Of a DNA stretch of 64,000 nt, positions 1-13,410 are shown in pieces. Source of the DNA: Octopus sinensis (taxonomy: Eukaryota); assembly GCF_006345805.1 (NCBI RefSeq), contig NC_043004.1, positions 38,936,001-39,000,000 on the forward strand, given 5' to 3'. How positions within the stretch are numbered: the first letter of the stretch is position 1; each line of letters begins with the position of its first letter. Both the position numbers and the translations under genes were made by a program. Below the pieces are notes generated by a model. That model worked only from the letters and a program-made list of their open reading frames with translations. It had not been told where the DNA came from and made no database searches.

Positions 1-660
1 ATGTACGATAAATTATGATAAACACAAGACGTTAAGCTTACATTCTGTTTACTTTTCATTGATATTTTACCATTTTTGCAATGGGAATTTTTGCGTGAAA
101 TACATTACTTATAGCATAATTCTATTACTTTGGGAAAAAAAGATCACTCTCTGTACATGCATAGATAGATAGACGGATACATACATACATGCATGCATAC
201 ATGCATACATACATACATGTATACATACAACATACATACATACATACATACACAATGACATATATTTATTCATGCATGTATGCATATAAGCACACGACCA
301 TGCATTCTTGTATGCTTACATATATCGTAGCTATAATCCACTAAATGCCCTGCAAAAATATGTAAAATATTCCGGAATTTCAAAAATTCCAGACATTCTA
401 TATATATAAGTATATGTGTGTGTGTATGTATGTATATGTATATATGTATATGTATATATGTATACACTATACAAACACAGCATTCCAGACGTGAATATAC
501 GCATGAGCAGGCATGCAAATATATGCATGAGGAAATGTGCATACAGCTCCTCCAAGCACGGACATCCATGGTTGCACACATGAATAACGCTATGCCTGAA
601 GAATAGCGTGCAAGTGCATATGCATACATACGTACATGATTACATGTATGTGTATGTACG

Positions 661-752
<92 letters not shown>

Positions 753-770
753 AGTGTATATATATATATA
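661..770. repeat. (TA)n microsatellite
   Basis: Long TA dinucleotide run with a short TATG interruption. Confidence 0.97.
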
Positions 771-818
771 TGAAAAAACAAGTCAAAATAGAAAATGCTA
801 AAATAATTTTATAGTGAA

Positions 819-866
819 CATTTCAGTACCGGTTTCGGTCATTTTGAGACCTTTTCAACTGTAACG
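819..866 (-). ncRNA. Minimal type I hammerhead ribozyme, U3-A8 variant core
   Basis: Minus strand: CAG TTGAAAA GGTC-TCAAAAT-GACC GAAA CCGG TA CTG. Stem I CAG/CTG (extends imperfectly), stem II GGTC/GACC, palindromic ACCGGT stem III. Confidence 0.8.
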
Positions 867-1237
867 ATTAAATAATTAAATTTAGAAAAATTAGAAGAAA
901 AGTTTTTTTAAAAGAATATTTCTATAGTAGTGTTCAGATTTAAGTGGCATTCTGCCTTTCTCTGACTCCTTGTTTGCACTTGTGTGTCGGAGGTCGTTGT
1001 GAGTTCTTGGAAGGGTAGTAGAGGAAGAAGGCTGGTGGGGAAAGGGGGATGGGAGAATCTGGGAGTGCCCTGATGGTCGTATTTTGAATGGTCAGTGGCG
1101 GCTGGCAGTCTCAGTTCAATTCAGGAGAATATTTATATTGACAGGCTTGTTTATAGAATTAGCGTACGTTTATAGAATTAGCGTAGGTGTTATACTAAAA
1201 AACATTAGTGACAAAGTTAAGGGGTAGGGGTGGAGAA

Positions 1238-1438
1238 GTAGAAGAAGAAGAAGAAGAAGAAGGAGAAGGAGAAGGAGAAGGAGAAGGAGAAGATGACGAT
1301 GATGGTGGTGGTGGTGATGATTATGACGACGATGATGATGATAATGATGATGATGAAGAAGAAGGAGGAGAAGGAGAAGATGGTGGTGATGATGGTGGTG
1401 ATGATGATGACGACGATGATGATGATAATGATGATGAT

Positions 1439-1470
<32 letters not shown>
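1238..1470. repeat. Compound trinucleotide repeat (GAA/GGA/GAT/GGT) with internal duplication
   Basis: Direct reading; it explains the poly-E/D ORF 1208..1495. Confidence 0.92.
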
Positions 1471-1471
<1 letters not shown>

Positions 1472-1601
1472 AAAAACAGAGAAGGGGGAATATGAATGGG
1501 TGTAAGTATAGCTATGAAGGGGCTGATTAGTAATGGATTCTATGGAGTGTAATATTTGTGTGTATATATATTTTTTTCTTTTATTCTAAAGTTGAGGTAT
1601 A

Positions 1602-2870
1602 TTAATTGTTTGTCGTAGACCCGTTTAGAAGTGGCTTGTATTTTGTAATAAAGAGATTTTCTTTACTTATTCGTTGTCTCGAGGTTGTATCGTCCCTAAA
1701 TTGGTAGAGGGGGAAAATTCTGAAGTTTGGTGTTTTTTTTTGTTGGCGCAAGTATCTATGTGTTGGCTAAAAGCTATTTTTCTGTTTTGGGGAATTTTTA
1801 TCTGGGATCTGTGCAGGGCCATTCGTTTACGCAAACCATTTTTTGTTTGGCCTATGTACTGCTCTTGACACCCGGAGCAGGTTAGTGAGTATATTAGGTT
1901 CTCCGAAGCACATGTGAAGTTGCTTTTCACTGTAAACCGTTGTCCCTGCTTGAAGGAGAACTCTGATCCCTCAATTAGATAGTCGCATATCCCGCAATTG
2001 GGTCTTCCACATTTTTTTACTGTCGGCTTCTGTGTTGAGGAGTGAATTCGGGCTTGTGTAAGGAGACTTTTCATGGATCTAGGCTGTCTTTTGCTTTTTA
2101 TGATCGTGTGTGTTTGGAGGATTGTGTTCATTCTGTGGTCTTTTTTTAGGAGGGGTATGTTGTGGAGGATGGTGTCGAAGGCTTCGTTATTGAGAGGGTT
2201 GTGTGTGGAGATGTATGGTAAGGCTTTTGGTTGTAAGTTTTTCTTTGATTTGGGATGTCTCAGTTCCTTGATGTTAAGTTGAAGGGCACGTTGAATGCAC
2301 TTGTCAATAAGTGAAGGTGGATAGTTCCTGGTGATTAGGGTATCTTTTAGTTCTTGTAGTCGTGTGTCTCTGGTGTTTGCGTTAGAGACTATAGTGCATA
2401 TCCTTTTTGCTAGATTGAAGGGGATATTCATCCTGGTGTGTCTGGGGTGGCATGAATTGAATGGAAGATATTGCTTAGAGTCTGTAGGCTTATAGTATAT
2501 GTCTGTTTCTATTATATTATTAGCTTTCTTAATGAGGATATCGAGGAAGGGGAGTTGTTGTTGGCTATATTCCATCGTGAATTGGATGTTTACGTCCAGT
2601 CCGTTTAAAATTTTCTGGAATTCTATGAGTTTTTCTATATTTTTATGCCAAAGGATGAAACAGTCATCTAGATATCTCTTCCAGTTGTTTTCTATGTAGA
2701 TGGAGAAAGGGCTGCCATATCTTTCTAGAACCTTACGATACAGACTGATCTCTAGGTATCCTATGACTAGGTTGGCAAAGGAGGGGGCCATTCGTGTACC
2801 CATCGCAGTCCCCGATTTTTGTCGGTAGAAGTTGTCATTGAAGGCGAAGAAGATATTTTCCAGGATGATA
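1602..2870 (-). pseudogene. Penelope-like retroelement ORF, 5'-truncated: RT C-terminal part + Cys-rich linker + GIY-YIG endonuclease (Neptune-like)
   Basis: ORF track 1667..2890 gives RT motifs QKSGTAMGTRMAPSFANL and WKRYLDDCF, PLE-type YYKPTD/HPRH, linker CGRPNCGIC and GIY-YIG NLIYSLTCSGCQEQYIGQT...R...H. After a frameshift in the 9-T run at 1733-1741 the frame continues TPNFRIFPLYQFRDDTTSRQRISKENLFITKYKPLLNGSTTNN* to the stop at 1602-1604. The first residues of the track ORF come from junction sequence. Confidence 0.93.
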
Positions 2871-2884
2871 TATATATATTTCCG

Positions 2885-3292
2885 TTTCATTTGTTTCAGT
2901 CATTTGACTGCGGCCATGCTGGAGCACAACCTTTAGTCGAACAAATCGACCCCACGTCTTATTCTTTGTAAGACTAATAATTATTCTATCGGTATCTTTT
3001 GCGGAACCACTAAGTTACGGAAACGTAGACATGCCAACATCGGTTGTCAAGCGATAATGGGGCGAGAAACACAGACTCAAAAACATACACACACACTCAC
3101 ACACACACGCACACGCACACACAAACACACACACACATATATACATACGATGGGCTTCTTTCAGTTTCCGTCTACCAAAACCACTCACAAGGCATTGGTC
3201 TGCCCAAGGCTATAGTAGAGGACACCTGTCGAACGTAACACGCAGTGGGACTGAACCCGAAACTATGTGGCCGGCAAGCAAGCTACTTACCA
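2885..3292 (-). mobile_element. tRNA-derived SINE with CORE-like segment (abundant Octopus-type family)
   Basis: Minus-strand head gtaagtagcttgcttgccggccacatagtttcgggttcagtcccactgcgtg, body ggtagacggaaactgaaagaagccc, internal (CA)n, tail cagcatggccgcagtcaaatgactgaaac; other copies at 7390, 13503, 28181, 36370, 36600. Confidence 0.8.
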
Positions 3293-3296
3293 TACA

Positions 3297-3329
<33 letters not shown>

Positions 3330-3455
3330 GCGCATGTATGTATGTATGTATGTATGTTGTATGTACGTATGTATGTATGTATGTATGTATGTATGTATGT
3401 ATGTATGTATGCATGTATGTATGTATGCATGTATGTATGAATGTATGTGTATTAA

Positions 3456-4073
3456 GATCTAGCTGGTTTCTTTGAGTGTTTCCTCACGCAGAATGAGTGA
3501 TGAGTTTATCACATTGAGCCAGAAGCAAAAAGACAATCTATGCAAATGAAGATTCTTTTTTATCTTCTCCCAAGAAAGCCAAGTTCATTTCATATGCAGG
3601 TAAGGTGATTGCCTCAGTTTTTGAGGATGCAAAAGGCCACACTTTCAATGGAGAGTACAATGCCAAATTCCTGAGCTAGTTACGATAGGCTATCAACAAC
3701 AAACGTTCAGGAAAACTGATGTAAGGTGTCTTGCGTCATCAGGACAGTGCTCCAGCAAACATTTCCTTGGATTAAATAGGTGTTCTACGTGAACTTGTGG
3801 ATGACCCTCTCTTTTCTCCTGGTTTGTCCCTCTATTCCTCCCCAACATGAATAAGCACTTGGTTAGTAACCAATACTGCGTCATATGGCTTCACATCTGC
3901 TTTTGATGAACTTTTCGACCAACAGTATGAAAGATTGTATCGAAGCATTTCAATAGGGATGGAAGGACTGTGTGGACCGCAAGAGGGTCTATGTTGAAAA
4001 ATAAAACCCATTTGATTGCATTGCATGAGTGTATCTTTGTCAGGCTATGAACTCTTCAGCCGACGAACCCGTA
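3456..4073 (+). mobile_element. Mariner-type transposase relic (DDD domain to 3' end)
   Basis: Pieced translation FLTQNE..VYHIEPEAK.QSMQ, AGKVIASVF, GVLRHQDSAPA, C-terminus WKDCVDRKRVYVEK* (stop 4002-4004); many stops and frameshifts. Confidence 0.8.
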
Positions 4074-4796
4074 CATATATGGAATAATGCAAAATAAATG
4101 TGTGTAAGTCCAATTGACTAGACATGGTATTATATAAATATTTGATTTTCAGGAGATTAGTTCCAGTCTACCAATTTTAACATCACCCATTCTCATCTGG
4201 CCTTAGAAATGTACTGGAGCAACATGTTTAATGCAGACTGACCCGTTTACTCTAACATAAAATGGATGCCATAATGATATAAATTTTAACAATGCAAACT
4301 GTAGCGAAACTATGTTTCTGCAAATTATATCAAATATGTATATTATGCATATCTTTGTCTGACTGATTCGATTAGAATCTGAACATTTTATGATACTGTA
4401 TGTAATCCAATAAGATCAATAGCAAACGAAACAATATCAGTAAAGAATTCTCACACACAAATAGCATATATTTTAATGACGATATCGTGTTATCTAGCCA
4501 TCTACTTTCCTACCATCTTAATAATACAAGTGTTTTTGTTGTTGATATTATTTATTCTCTTTTCCTATAGATTTATTTCTCTGGTATAAATTTCCTTATA
4601 AAAACCTCGAACTATTGTAATGTATCCTACTGATTATGTCTTTTTATTTCTTGCATAATATAGAAGTTCATACTTGGGAACTTTCCCGCACGTTCATGTA
4701 CATATATACATATAACTACACCACACACGCGCGCGTACGTTACATATATGCATATAAATATATTATATGTGAGCGTTTATGTATAAATGAGTATAT

Positions 4797-5102
<306 letters not shown>

Positions 5103-7389
5103 TTATGTAGGTAAGTAGATGCATATACGTAGGTATTTAGGCATACATGAATATTGCATATATTTGATTATTCTATTCATATGTGTATCTGAGATAATTC
5201 TCGCCTGAGTCTTAGATCATTTTTAGATGAGATCAGCGAGAATTGCCAAATTTAAGGTGGGTGAATACGTGGAATATGCATTGCTAACATCAATCATCAT
5301 ATAAACCAAAGAAAATATTTCTTCATTTTGCAATCAAGAAATCCGAAGCAGGTTTTTCATTTTTTTTTCCGGTCAATAATTTTATCTCTTCAATACATTT
5401 TTTTTTTACTTTATTTTGGTATATTGTTCTGTAGTGTCTACCAATGCCGAAACTATAATATTGTGTCTACCAATGCTAAATGTAGGGTATTGTTTCTACC
5501 AATACTGAATGTAGGGTAATGCAAATGATATTGCAGATTTCACTTCTGTAGATAAACTACTTACTTCATTTCCTCCAGTAACATACTTTGGAAAAATAAT
5601 ATACGTCTGTCTAATATATTTTTCCGAAATCATTTGGATTTCTGTGAATGTAATGAAATGCCTTTTCTGGTTCTTTCTCTAGCTACTTGCTTAATTTTCT
5701 GTTTGCTTTTCTTTGTGAGGTTGATTGTATGTCCATTTACCGGAATGGTACGTCCCTTATGAAACTGATCGTAAGTTTATGAGAGAATTTTTTATTTATT
5801 TATTTTTAACTGAGTGAATGCTGCTGATAGTAATATCGTCGGTGTTATTGTTGGATAAGTACTACAGGAGAAACGGATATCGTTATATCAATTCAAAAGA
5901 GTTGACTTGAAAAGAAGGAAATGAAGATAAAATCGTTAACAGAAAGGCGAAATTATATTTCAATTTAATTATAGAGAATATTAAATTGTCGATCGTGAGT
6001 CAATGCTTACCAAACCTTGGAAGTAATTTCGCCGTAACTGTACATTAAAGCCAACATTTTGGGTTCCTTGTTGTTCGTGAAAACATTTAAATATTTAATG
6101 CTAGTTTCTTCTTCTTAACATCAACACCATTGTCTTCGCTGTTAATTTCACTGATTGGGCAGAGGTATAATTACGGGCTTTCCAGCAGTGACCCTCCTAT
6201 ATTCCTGTAACTCTAAGATTACAATGCTCTATCACATCAGTTTACTTCATTCAGTAGCCTGTCATTTGAACAACATCAGGCTTTTCTTCCTAGCAGTTCG
6301 AACGATTATGTAGAGGCTTCCTCACGGTACATTTTAACTTCTAGGAACACGATTATCCATCGTTGTACTATTATTATTGCTAATTTTATTGTATTTTTGT
6401 CATTTTGTGTTTGTTATTCTAGCGTCATTATATCACTTTTTCGCAGTTTTATTGCTTCTTTATTACTGTATGTGTATTCGTCTTCAATAACTGACTGGTG
6501 AAATTATCGATTTCTTCCAGGAAAGTTGTCATTGGAAACGCCAATTTTCCTACAATAGCATTTCGCTTCTATATTTACCGCCACACGTTACTTAGTATAT
6601 TCTGCTGACTTCATGTCATTGTTGCTGCTGTTGTTGTTACCTAGCCCTGACCATCCATACTTAAATAGTCCTAGATATTCCACTCCAGATCAAAGCATCT
6701 TCTAGTCAGCTACAGTCTTATTGAATACTTCGTTTTTCTCACGATGACAATCAATGTGATTTGAAGTAGACTTCCCAACTGTTTCTAAGACGACAAGCCA
6801 CTAACTACAAGTCACCTTTATTAATTCACTGACTTCAAATAAACGGCCCAAGCACAAGTGGTCGTTCTTTCACTTAGTAACATTAAGAGAAAGTTTTTGA
6901 AAAACACTGTTGTACTCTTCCTCCTTGTAACAGCCAATAACGAATGAAAGAACAAAGGACAATATTACTTTATTGTTTAACATGAAATAAATCTAGTATG
7001 CATCCTAAAACATCGTCTGAGACTATATATAGATAAAATGACGTCAACAGGGCAGACATGATTGCATGGTAAAAAGCACGGCTTAGTTCCACTGTTTGGA
7101 AACCAGGTAGAAGTGACTTTTACTAGAGCCGACGTCTTATCAAATAATTGTGAGCCGATTTTGTACACAGGAACTGGAGGAATACAAGTTCAAACAAGAG
7201 AGATTGGATAGAGCAAAATCGCTTTATTGCATAATACTAAAATTGTTTCATCTCTACTTTACCAGCAGATACTTGCCGAAACATAATATGATATAATAAG
7301 CACACGTTAGTAAATGAAAATCCCTCAGGTATGAATGCATTTATTTATATGTGTGTGTGTTCTGGTGTTTTTGTTGTGTTTCTCCTCAA

Positions 7390-7560
7390 ACGCTGCTTCA
7401 CAAACGGTGTTGGTTTGTTTGCGTACCATTAAATTAGCAGTCTGACAAACCGACCTATAGAATAAGTACCAGAATAAGTGGTGGGGTCGATTTTATCGAC
7501 AGAGATCTTCAAGGTGGTATGCAGTATGATTGCAATCTAGTGACTGATACACGTGAAAGA
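7390..7560 (+). mobile_element. Degenerate 3' half of the same SINE family as 2885-3292
   Basis: ggtgttggtttgtttgcgtacc...atagaataagtacc...ggggtcgatt...gtgactgatac matches the reverse complement of 2890-3050. Confidence 0.6.
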
Positions 7561-7939
7561 TAATAGATAATGGTCCACCATATAGAGGGAAGGACAATTT
7601 AGTCTATTATACATAGTTATATATACATAATATGCAAGAGGGTAGTATAGAGAGGAGAAAGTATTGCCAGTGATTGTCACGTGATTTTCTAAAGTATTAG
7701 TGGTGTAATGGAACTGAAATACCTACAATTAGAAATCGAAATCAGCTAATGGACCCGATTGTAGTTCGTTGTCATTTCATAGTGTTATCTTTTGAAAAGA
7801 TGATAATGATTTCTTTCATGCACCCCTTGGTGGGATGATTTTATGAATTGGAGAAATTTGGTGATGGTGGCGTCATAGTTCCCTTGTCATAAGACTTTGT
7901 ATGAATTACATCGATTGAAATAAAATCAATAATAATGAT

Positions 7940-7957
7940 AGTAGTATGATGATGATG

Positions 7958-8026
<69 letters not shown>

Positions 8027-8127
8027 TAATAATAATAATAATAGAAATAGTAGTAGTGGTAGTAGTGGTAGTAGTAGTAGTAGTAGTAGTAGTAGTAATA
8101 GTAGTAGTAGTAGTGGTAGTAGTAGTG

Positions 8128-8185
<58 letters not shown>

Positions 8186-8272
8186 CGGTGACGATGAGGA
8201 TGAAGCTGATGCTGGTCATGATGATGATGATAATGATGATCATGATGATAACGACGACGACGACGAGGATGA
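7940..8272. repeat. Compound trinucleotide microsatellite (AAT/AGT/GAT/ACG)
   Basis: Direct reading. Confidence 0.95.
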
Positions 8273-10249
8273 TTAAAGCAAATAACTTGTTTTAATGGAA
8301 ATAATATACATTTCATAGACCATATACATTTCATAGACTTCAACAAAAGAAATTTTCTAAAAAAAAAAGAATCACACTACACAATGTATCTGTATCCAGT
8401 GACTGTACTTTCCTAAATGAGATACTGGTAGGTAGTCATTGTAACTATTGTTCTTTTTGAACAACACACAGAAATAATTATTATAACTAACCACAAATTT
8501 CCTACCTTGTAGAAAACCCATTAAATGCCTGTTGAGGGTAAGAAAGAGTAACATTTCCATTTTATTCATAACAACGAACTCAGCAAAAGAATTGGATCAG
8601 ACTTCCAATAGCTGAAGTCCAAACATAAATCAGCTGTAAGAACTCTATAGTGAAGATTGATAAATCATTGCTTTTATTATATATATATCGTTCCTTGTAT
8701 ACACTGATATTTGGAGCCACCCTTATAGCATTATCTGTCTCTCACAAATTATCATTTTCCAGCATTCGTTTGAGCTGCAATGAGATTCATAAATCCTATT
8801 TGGTATGGAAAGGCATACAACTGAAAAGTTTTCAAAACAAACAGTTTAACTTCAGAAATTATCTGCTTAATAGGATAATTCATATTCTGGATCCGAATTT
8901 GTCAGAACGGAAGCGGAAGATTAGAATCAACTATAAATTATCTATAGAATAAACTGGCCCCTATAGTCAACGGAAAGAGGTGTATATATTCATCTACTCT
9001 ACTTGCTAAAAGTTACAGGTATATTTACCCCAGTTCATATGCTATTTTTGTATTCATTGAAAATCAGTTTTAATAATGTTTGAAAATTTAAGCGTTGCAT
9101 AAAACGTGTCAGTGATATGAATTCAAACGCCTTTTATCATCGGTTCTTAAGTAGATCTTAAACGGGAGCTAATCAGTGATGCACAATGTGGTCGATGTTG
9201 TTTACAAGTGGAATATTCTAGTTCTAGTGGGCTACTTGTATATTTGGGGAAATAATTCACTATCATGCCAATTTAATTTCTTTTTCATTTAATTTCATTT
9301 AATTGTGCTAACCAAAGGTAGCTAATAGTATTTTTTTCTTTCTTCAGTTTAGTTTGAATTAAATTTACGTTCGAATATTGAGGTTTGGGTTTCACGAATG
9401 ATATTATTAACCATGTAGGCCTCGACAGAAAACAAAAATAATTACTCATCACTGCTTAAAAACCATCAACGTGAAAAATTCGAATCATTTTCATTTTTCC
9501 TTTCCTTTATGATTTTAATAGTTTGTAATTTACATGAAACTATACATAATATACAAAGGTAGCTGTGTGATAAAATTCCATAACCACCGAAATTGTACAA
9601 AGATTTTGTTTCCTCATATGTTATTATAAAGTCTTCACCTAGTAGCATCTAATATATAGAAGTTATTATTGTATTATACAGTTGACAGCACATACAATAG
9701 CAACATTAATTCATTTACTGATAGTGCCAGCAAATATTTATTTTCAATAATCTTTTGGTAAAGATCATCATACAAGTATACTACACGGGACTAAAAAGAA
9801 AACAGGTATGAGTCTTGTATAGAAAACAAACATTAAAGAAATTTGAACATGTTTTCATAATGAGAGCTAATAACACAGAAATCTTTAGAGAGTTATTAAC
9901 GCACTGCCAAATAATAATTTCCAATTTTACATCGATTTTAATTAAATTAAATTGCGAATTGCCTCCGACGCATTTCGCAACAAAAATCAGTTATTTGATT
10001 AATGATATTTTCTCGTTACTACGGGTACAGTTTCATTAAGATATCTTGATCAATAACTGGAGCATGTTACCTTCCTTTTTGTTACTCGTTATACACAGAT
10101 TTGTTATAAAAAATATGCTGTATAGTGTTCACTTACTGTCCATCGTCAATCTGATTTTGAACTTCCTAACGATGCCACCGAAAGTGCTCTTTACTTTTAA
10201 AAAGATGAGTTGAGATTTTGCCACATTAGTGGCGTAAATCGTTTCTTTC

Positions 10250-10608
10250 TCTCAATTGCTAGAAAGTTTACAGGATTTAGAGAAGCCATTAAGAAGTAGA
10301 AGCCGAACCACAATCTATAAACGAGCTAAATTATCCCATGAAAATGCGTGATTGCACTCATTTTGGGTAATATATTAGGTATTCGGCATATTGGGGTTTT
10401 CAAGTGGGTGCTAGAAGACTCTCATATCCACCGATTCTGTTCGACAAAAGATAGTTTTCGGAGACAAGAAAATGATGATAAAAAAGACGTGAAAGAGACG
10501 ATCAAAAAATGGGCACTGCAAGGTACATCAGGAAGTTTTCAAAGAAGATTCGTGAGATGTGTTAAACGATGCTACAAATATCATCGTTCTAATGTAGATT
10601 ATAAGTAA
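10250..10608 (+). mobile_element. Highly decayed mariner transposase C-terminal relic
   Basis: FREAIKK*KP, HENA*LHS (HDNARPH-like) and C-terminal DDKKDVKETIKKW...VKRCYKYHRSNVDYK* resemble the mariner DDEVK..V..W...RW.KC...GDY ending. Confidence 0.55.
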
Positions 10609-11059
10609 TAGATTTGCATAAACAAAGAGTTACTCTTCCAGCATAAGCAATTTGAACGACCTATAAAATTTAATAAAGAAATTACGCACATTTAATCATT
10701 AGAATTATTATAAGCCTCGTATATATAAATAAATATATGTGCTTGTGTGCATTCGTGTGTGAACATGTATGTTTGTGTCTAAGTAATTATATATGAACTG
10801 TTGCGTTTTAGAGGAACTGATGTAACTTTTCAATGCAACTTTACTTTACATATTTTATAATCAGTCGGTCAGTTCCTCTCCTCTTGCTTTCCATATTATA
10901 GTCTAAAAATTACACACACGTTCTAAACTTTGTTTCTTCGCATCACTTCATCTCTCTCGTTTATTATCTCATTATATATTTATAAACCCCCTTCTCTCTC
11001 TCATTGTCTCACTTTCTCTTTCTCTCTCCCTGTATACAAATATGTACGTTTTTAAATAA

Positions 11060-11324
11060 TATGCATATATATATATATATATATGCATGCATAAATACAT
11101 ACAACATACATATATACGTACATACATACACACACACACACATACACACACACACAGACACACACACATATATATATATATATACACACATACCTGTTTC
11201 TGTATGCGTGTATGTACATTTATGCATGTCTATATGTATGTATGCATGCATGCATGTATGTTTGCCTGCATGTACGTATGCATGCATGTGTGTTTGCATG
11301 TATGTATGCATGTATGAATGTATG

Positions 11325-11362
<38 letters not shown>
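11060..11362. repeat. Compound (TA)/(CA)/(TATG) microsatellite
   Basis: Direct reading. Confidence 0.93.
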
Positions 11363-11366
<4 letters not shown>

Positions 11367-12040
11367 CATATATGCAGACAAGTAAATCAGTGTCCGTTTA
11401 CGGCTTCATATTATATGCAGTCGTAAACTAATCTAAGCACACTATGTGTTTCTTTGATGTCAAATATAAAAGAGAAACCAACGAAAGATGTCGATTTTTG
11501 TACAAATGCTCCTATATTCAAACTCACTTATAGATATTTACATGTGAACACATATTTACTTTGAAAGATTTGCGCCACACATACGAAAAAGTACTGTATA
11601 TAATCTGTAATTTCAGTTCTCAATAAAATGTGAAAACTAAAAAGCACGTAAAAATACTGGAAGATCTTAAACGAAACCTAAGACAGAAAAGCTGAAACCG
11701 ACAGAAATGTTTAATATACAAAATCAAAGCAGTCCGTGCAAAAATAGTAATTACTAATCTATTTATGCAAGGATATAATCACACAAAAGCACTTACGCAC
11801 ATAAATCAAATACATTTTCCATATATACACATATATACGCACATATATATGTATATATATATACATATATGTATATATATATATGTATATATCTGTATGT
11901 ATGTATATATTCAGCTGAAGCATAGTGATGAAAAGCCCCAAAGTTTCGTGTGTTGGGACTACATGTGCTACAAATTCCTTTCTACCTTCTTTGTTTGCAT
12001 CACCAAAATTCTATACATACATACATATCTACATATATAT

Positions 12041-12073
<33 letters not shown>

Positions 12074-12885
12074 TACAAGAATACACACCTAGACATACAA
12101 TATATATTTGTTGTGAATGTGTGTTTGCATGCGTGTGTGTGTGCGTGCGTGTGTGTGCGTGCGTGTGTGTGTGTGTACAGGTAAAAGGATTCTCTATTCC
12201 AGTCTAAAATAACTAAAAAGGCGACATATTAAATAGTGAATTTTATATATTTTTATACAATATGAATACAAAACATTTGAAGGGTGTAAATACCAGCTAT
12301 ATACTGAGATTCGCCTCTTTATCTGCTCAGCATGTTTTGTATATTGCTTATTGCTTATTTTAGAAATAAATTTTAGAACACCGCCCATCTACCCACTGCT
12401 TTAAGGTGTATGGTATTTAGTCTAAACATCATGCGTTTTTCTTCACCGCACCAAATATACGGTACGATATGCATAAACATTCACATATGCATATATACGT
12501 TTGTATATATACAATATGTAATTGTAAGATCCAAGGATTTATGTGTAGGAGTTTAGTAAGGTCCAAGCAGTCCGTGGTAGGTGTGAAGAGGAACTTACAG
12601 ATCAATAATAGTTTATTGGCGTACAATGTACATACATGCTAATATCAAACGCGCTAATATCATATTGGTAGATAAATACGCTTTGTTTATGCGCTCACAT
12701 GTCTACGAAATCATTTCATGTATTCTTATCCAAGACTGAGATGAGTACCAGCGTTCCCGTGTAGTAGTAAGTACGCTTGAAAACTATAATTATATGAAAA
12801 CATTGGTAGATTTGTTATCCTATATATATATATATATATATATATAGGATTCACGGTCAAACACATATATATGTGTTGTATAGGA

Positions 12886-12978
12886 CATCCTGATGAGGGG
12901 AATGCCAATTTTAAGTACTATTTTAAGTATTGATATATCTAATATTAATTGGCACATCCCCGAAACGGCCCGTAGATG
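12886..12978 (+). ncRNA. Type I hammerhead ribozyme, canonical core
   Basis: CATC CTGATGA GGGGAATGCCAATT...AATTGGCACATCCCC GAAA CGGCCCG TA GATG. Stem I CATC/GATG plus distal TATAGGA/TTCTGTA, long stem II, predicted cleavage after GUA at 12974. Confidence 0.88.
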
Positions 12979-13410
12979 GACTTCTGTATATCTTATATTT
13001 TTGTAAGCTTGTATATGTATTATATTCTATATACTATTCGCCGGAATTTTATTCGTCTTTTGATATGCCACATTTTTATTTTATTATCATTATATTTATT
13101 TCTCTTATTCTAACAGTTTTAAGCGTGTTATATGCAAAATTTATATTTATATTTATATTTTTATTTGTATATGATACTTATATATTACTGAATTTTAACA
13201 TTTTTTAAATGTCGACTGTTTAGATATAAATTAGTATATAAGATTTGTATGTGTTTGGTCTAACTTTGAATGTTGTGATGTTCCTGTGGTTGTTGCTCGC
13301 ATTGCCTCCCCTTGGATAAAAAACGTATACAGCTCATTGGAGCACTTCTATTTCTAGTCCGTTGTATATCTTGAGCGTTGTTGTCACTCAAGATATAACT
13401 TTATATTTTG

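Larger units (their letters stand above)
771..2880 (-). mobile_element. Whole Penelope-like element insertion (ORF + 3' region with hammerhead), bounded by TA repeats
   Basis: ORF followed on the minus strand by about 830 nt of 3' sequence containing a hammerhead motif and ending at the (TA)n tract 661-770; the 5' truncation point is a short (TA)n at about 2868-2880. Confidence 0.75.

Noticed and set aside
1208-1495. Acidic poly-E/D/G ORF
   Set aside because: Wholly a trinucleotide microsatellite inside the PLE 3' region; no non-repetitive coding signal.
6240-6332. Possible short host exon (AG...GT, open frame FTSFSSLSFEQHQAFLPSSSNDYVEASS)
   Set aside because: Weak splice sites, no recognisable homology, no neighbouring exons; expected by chance.
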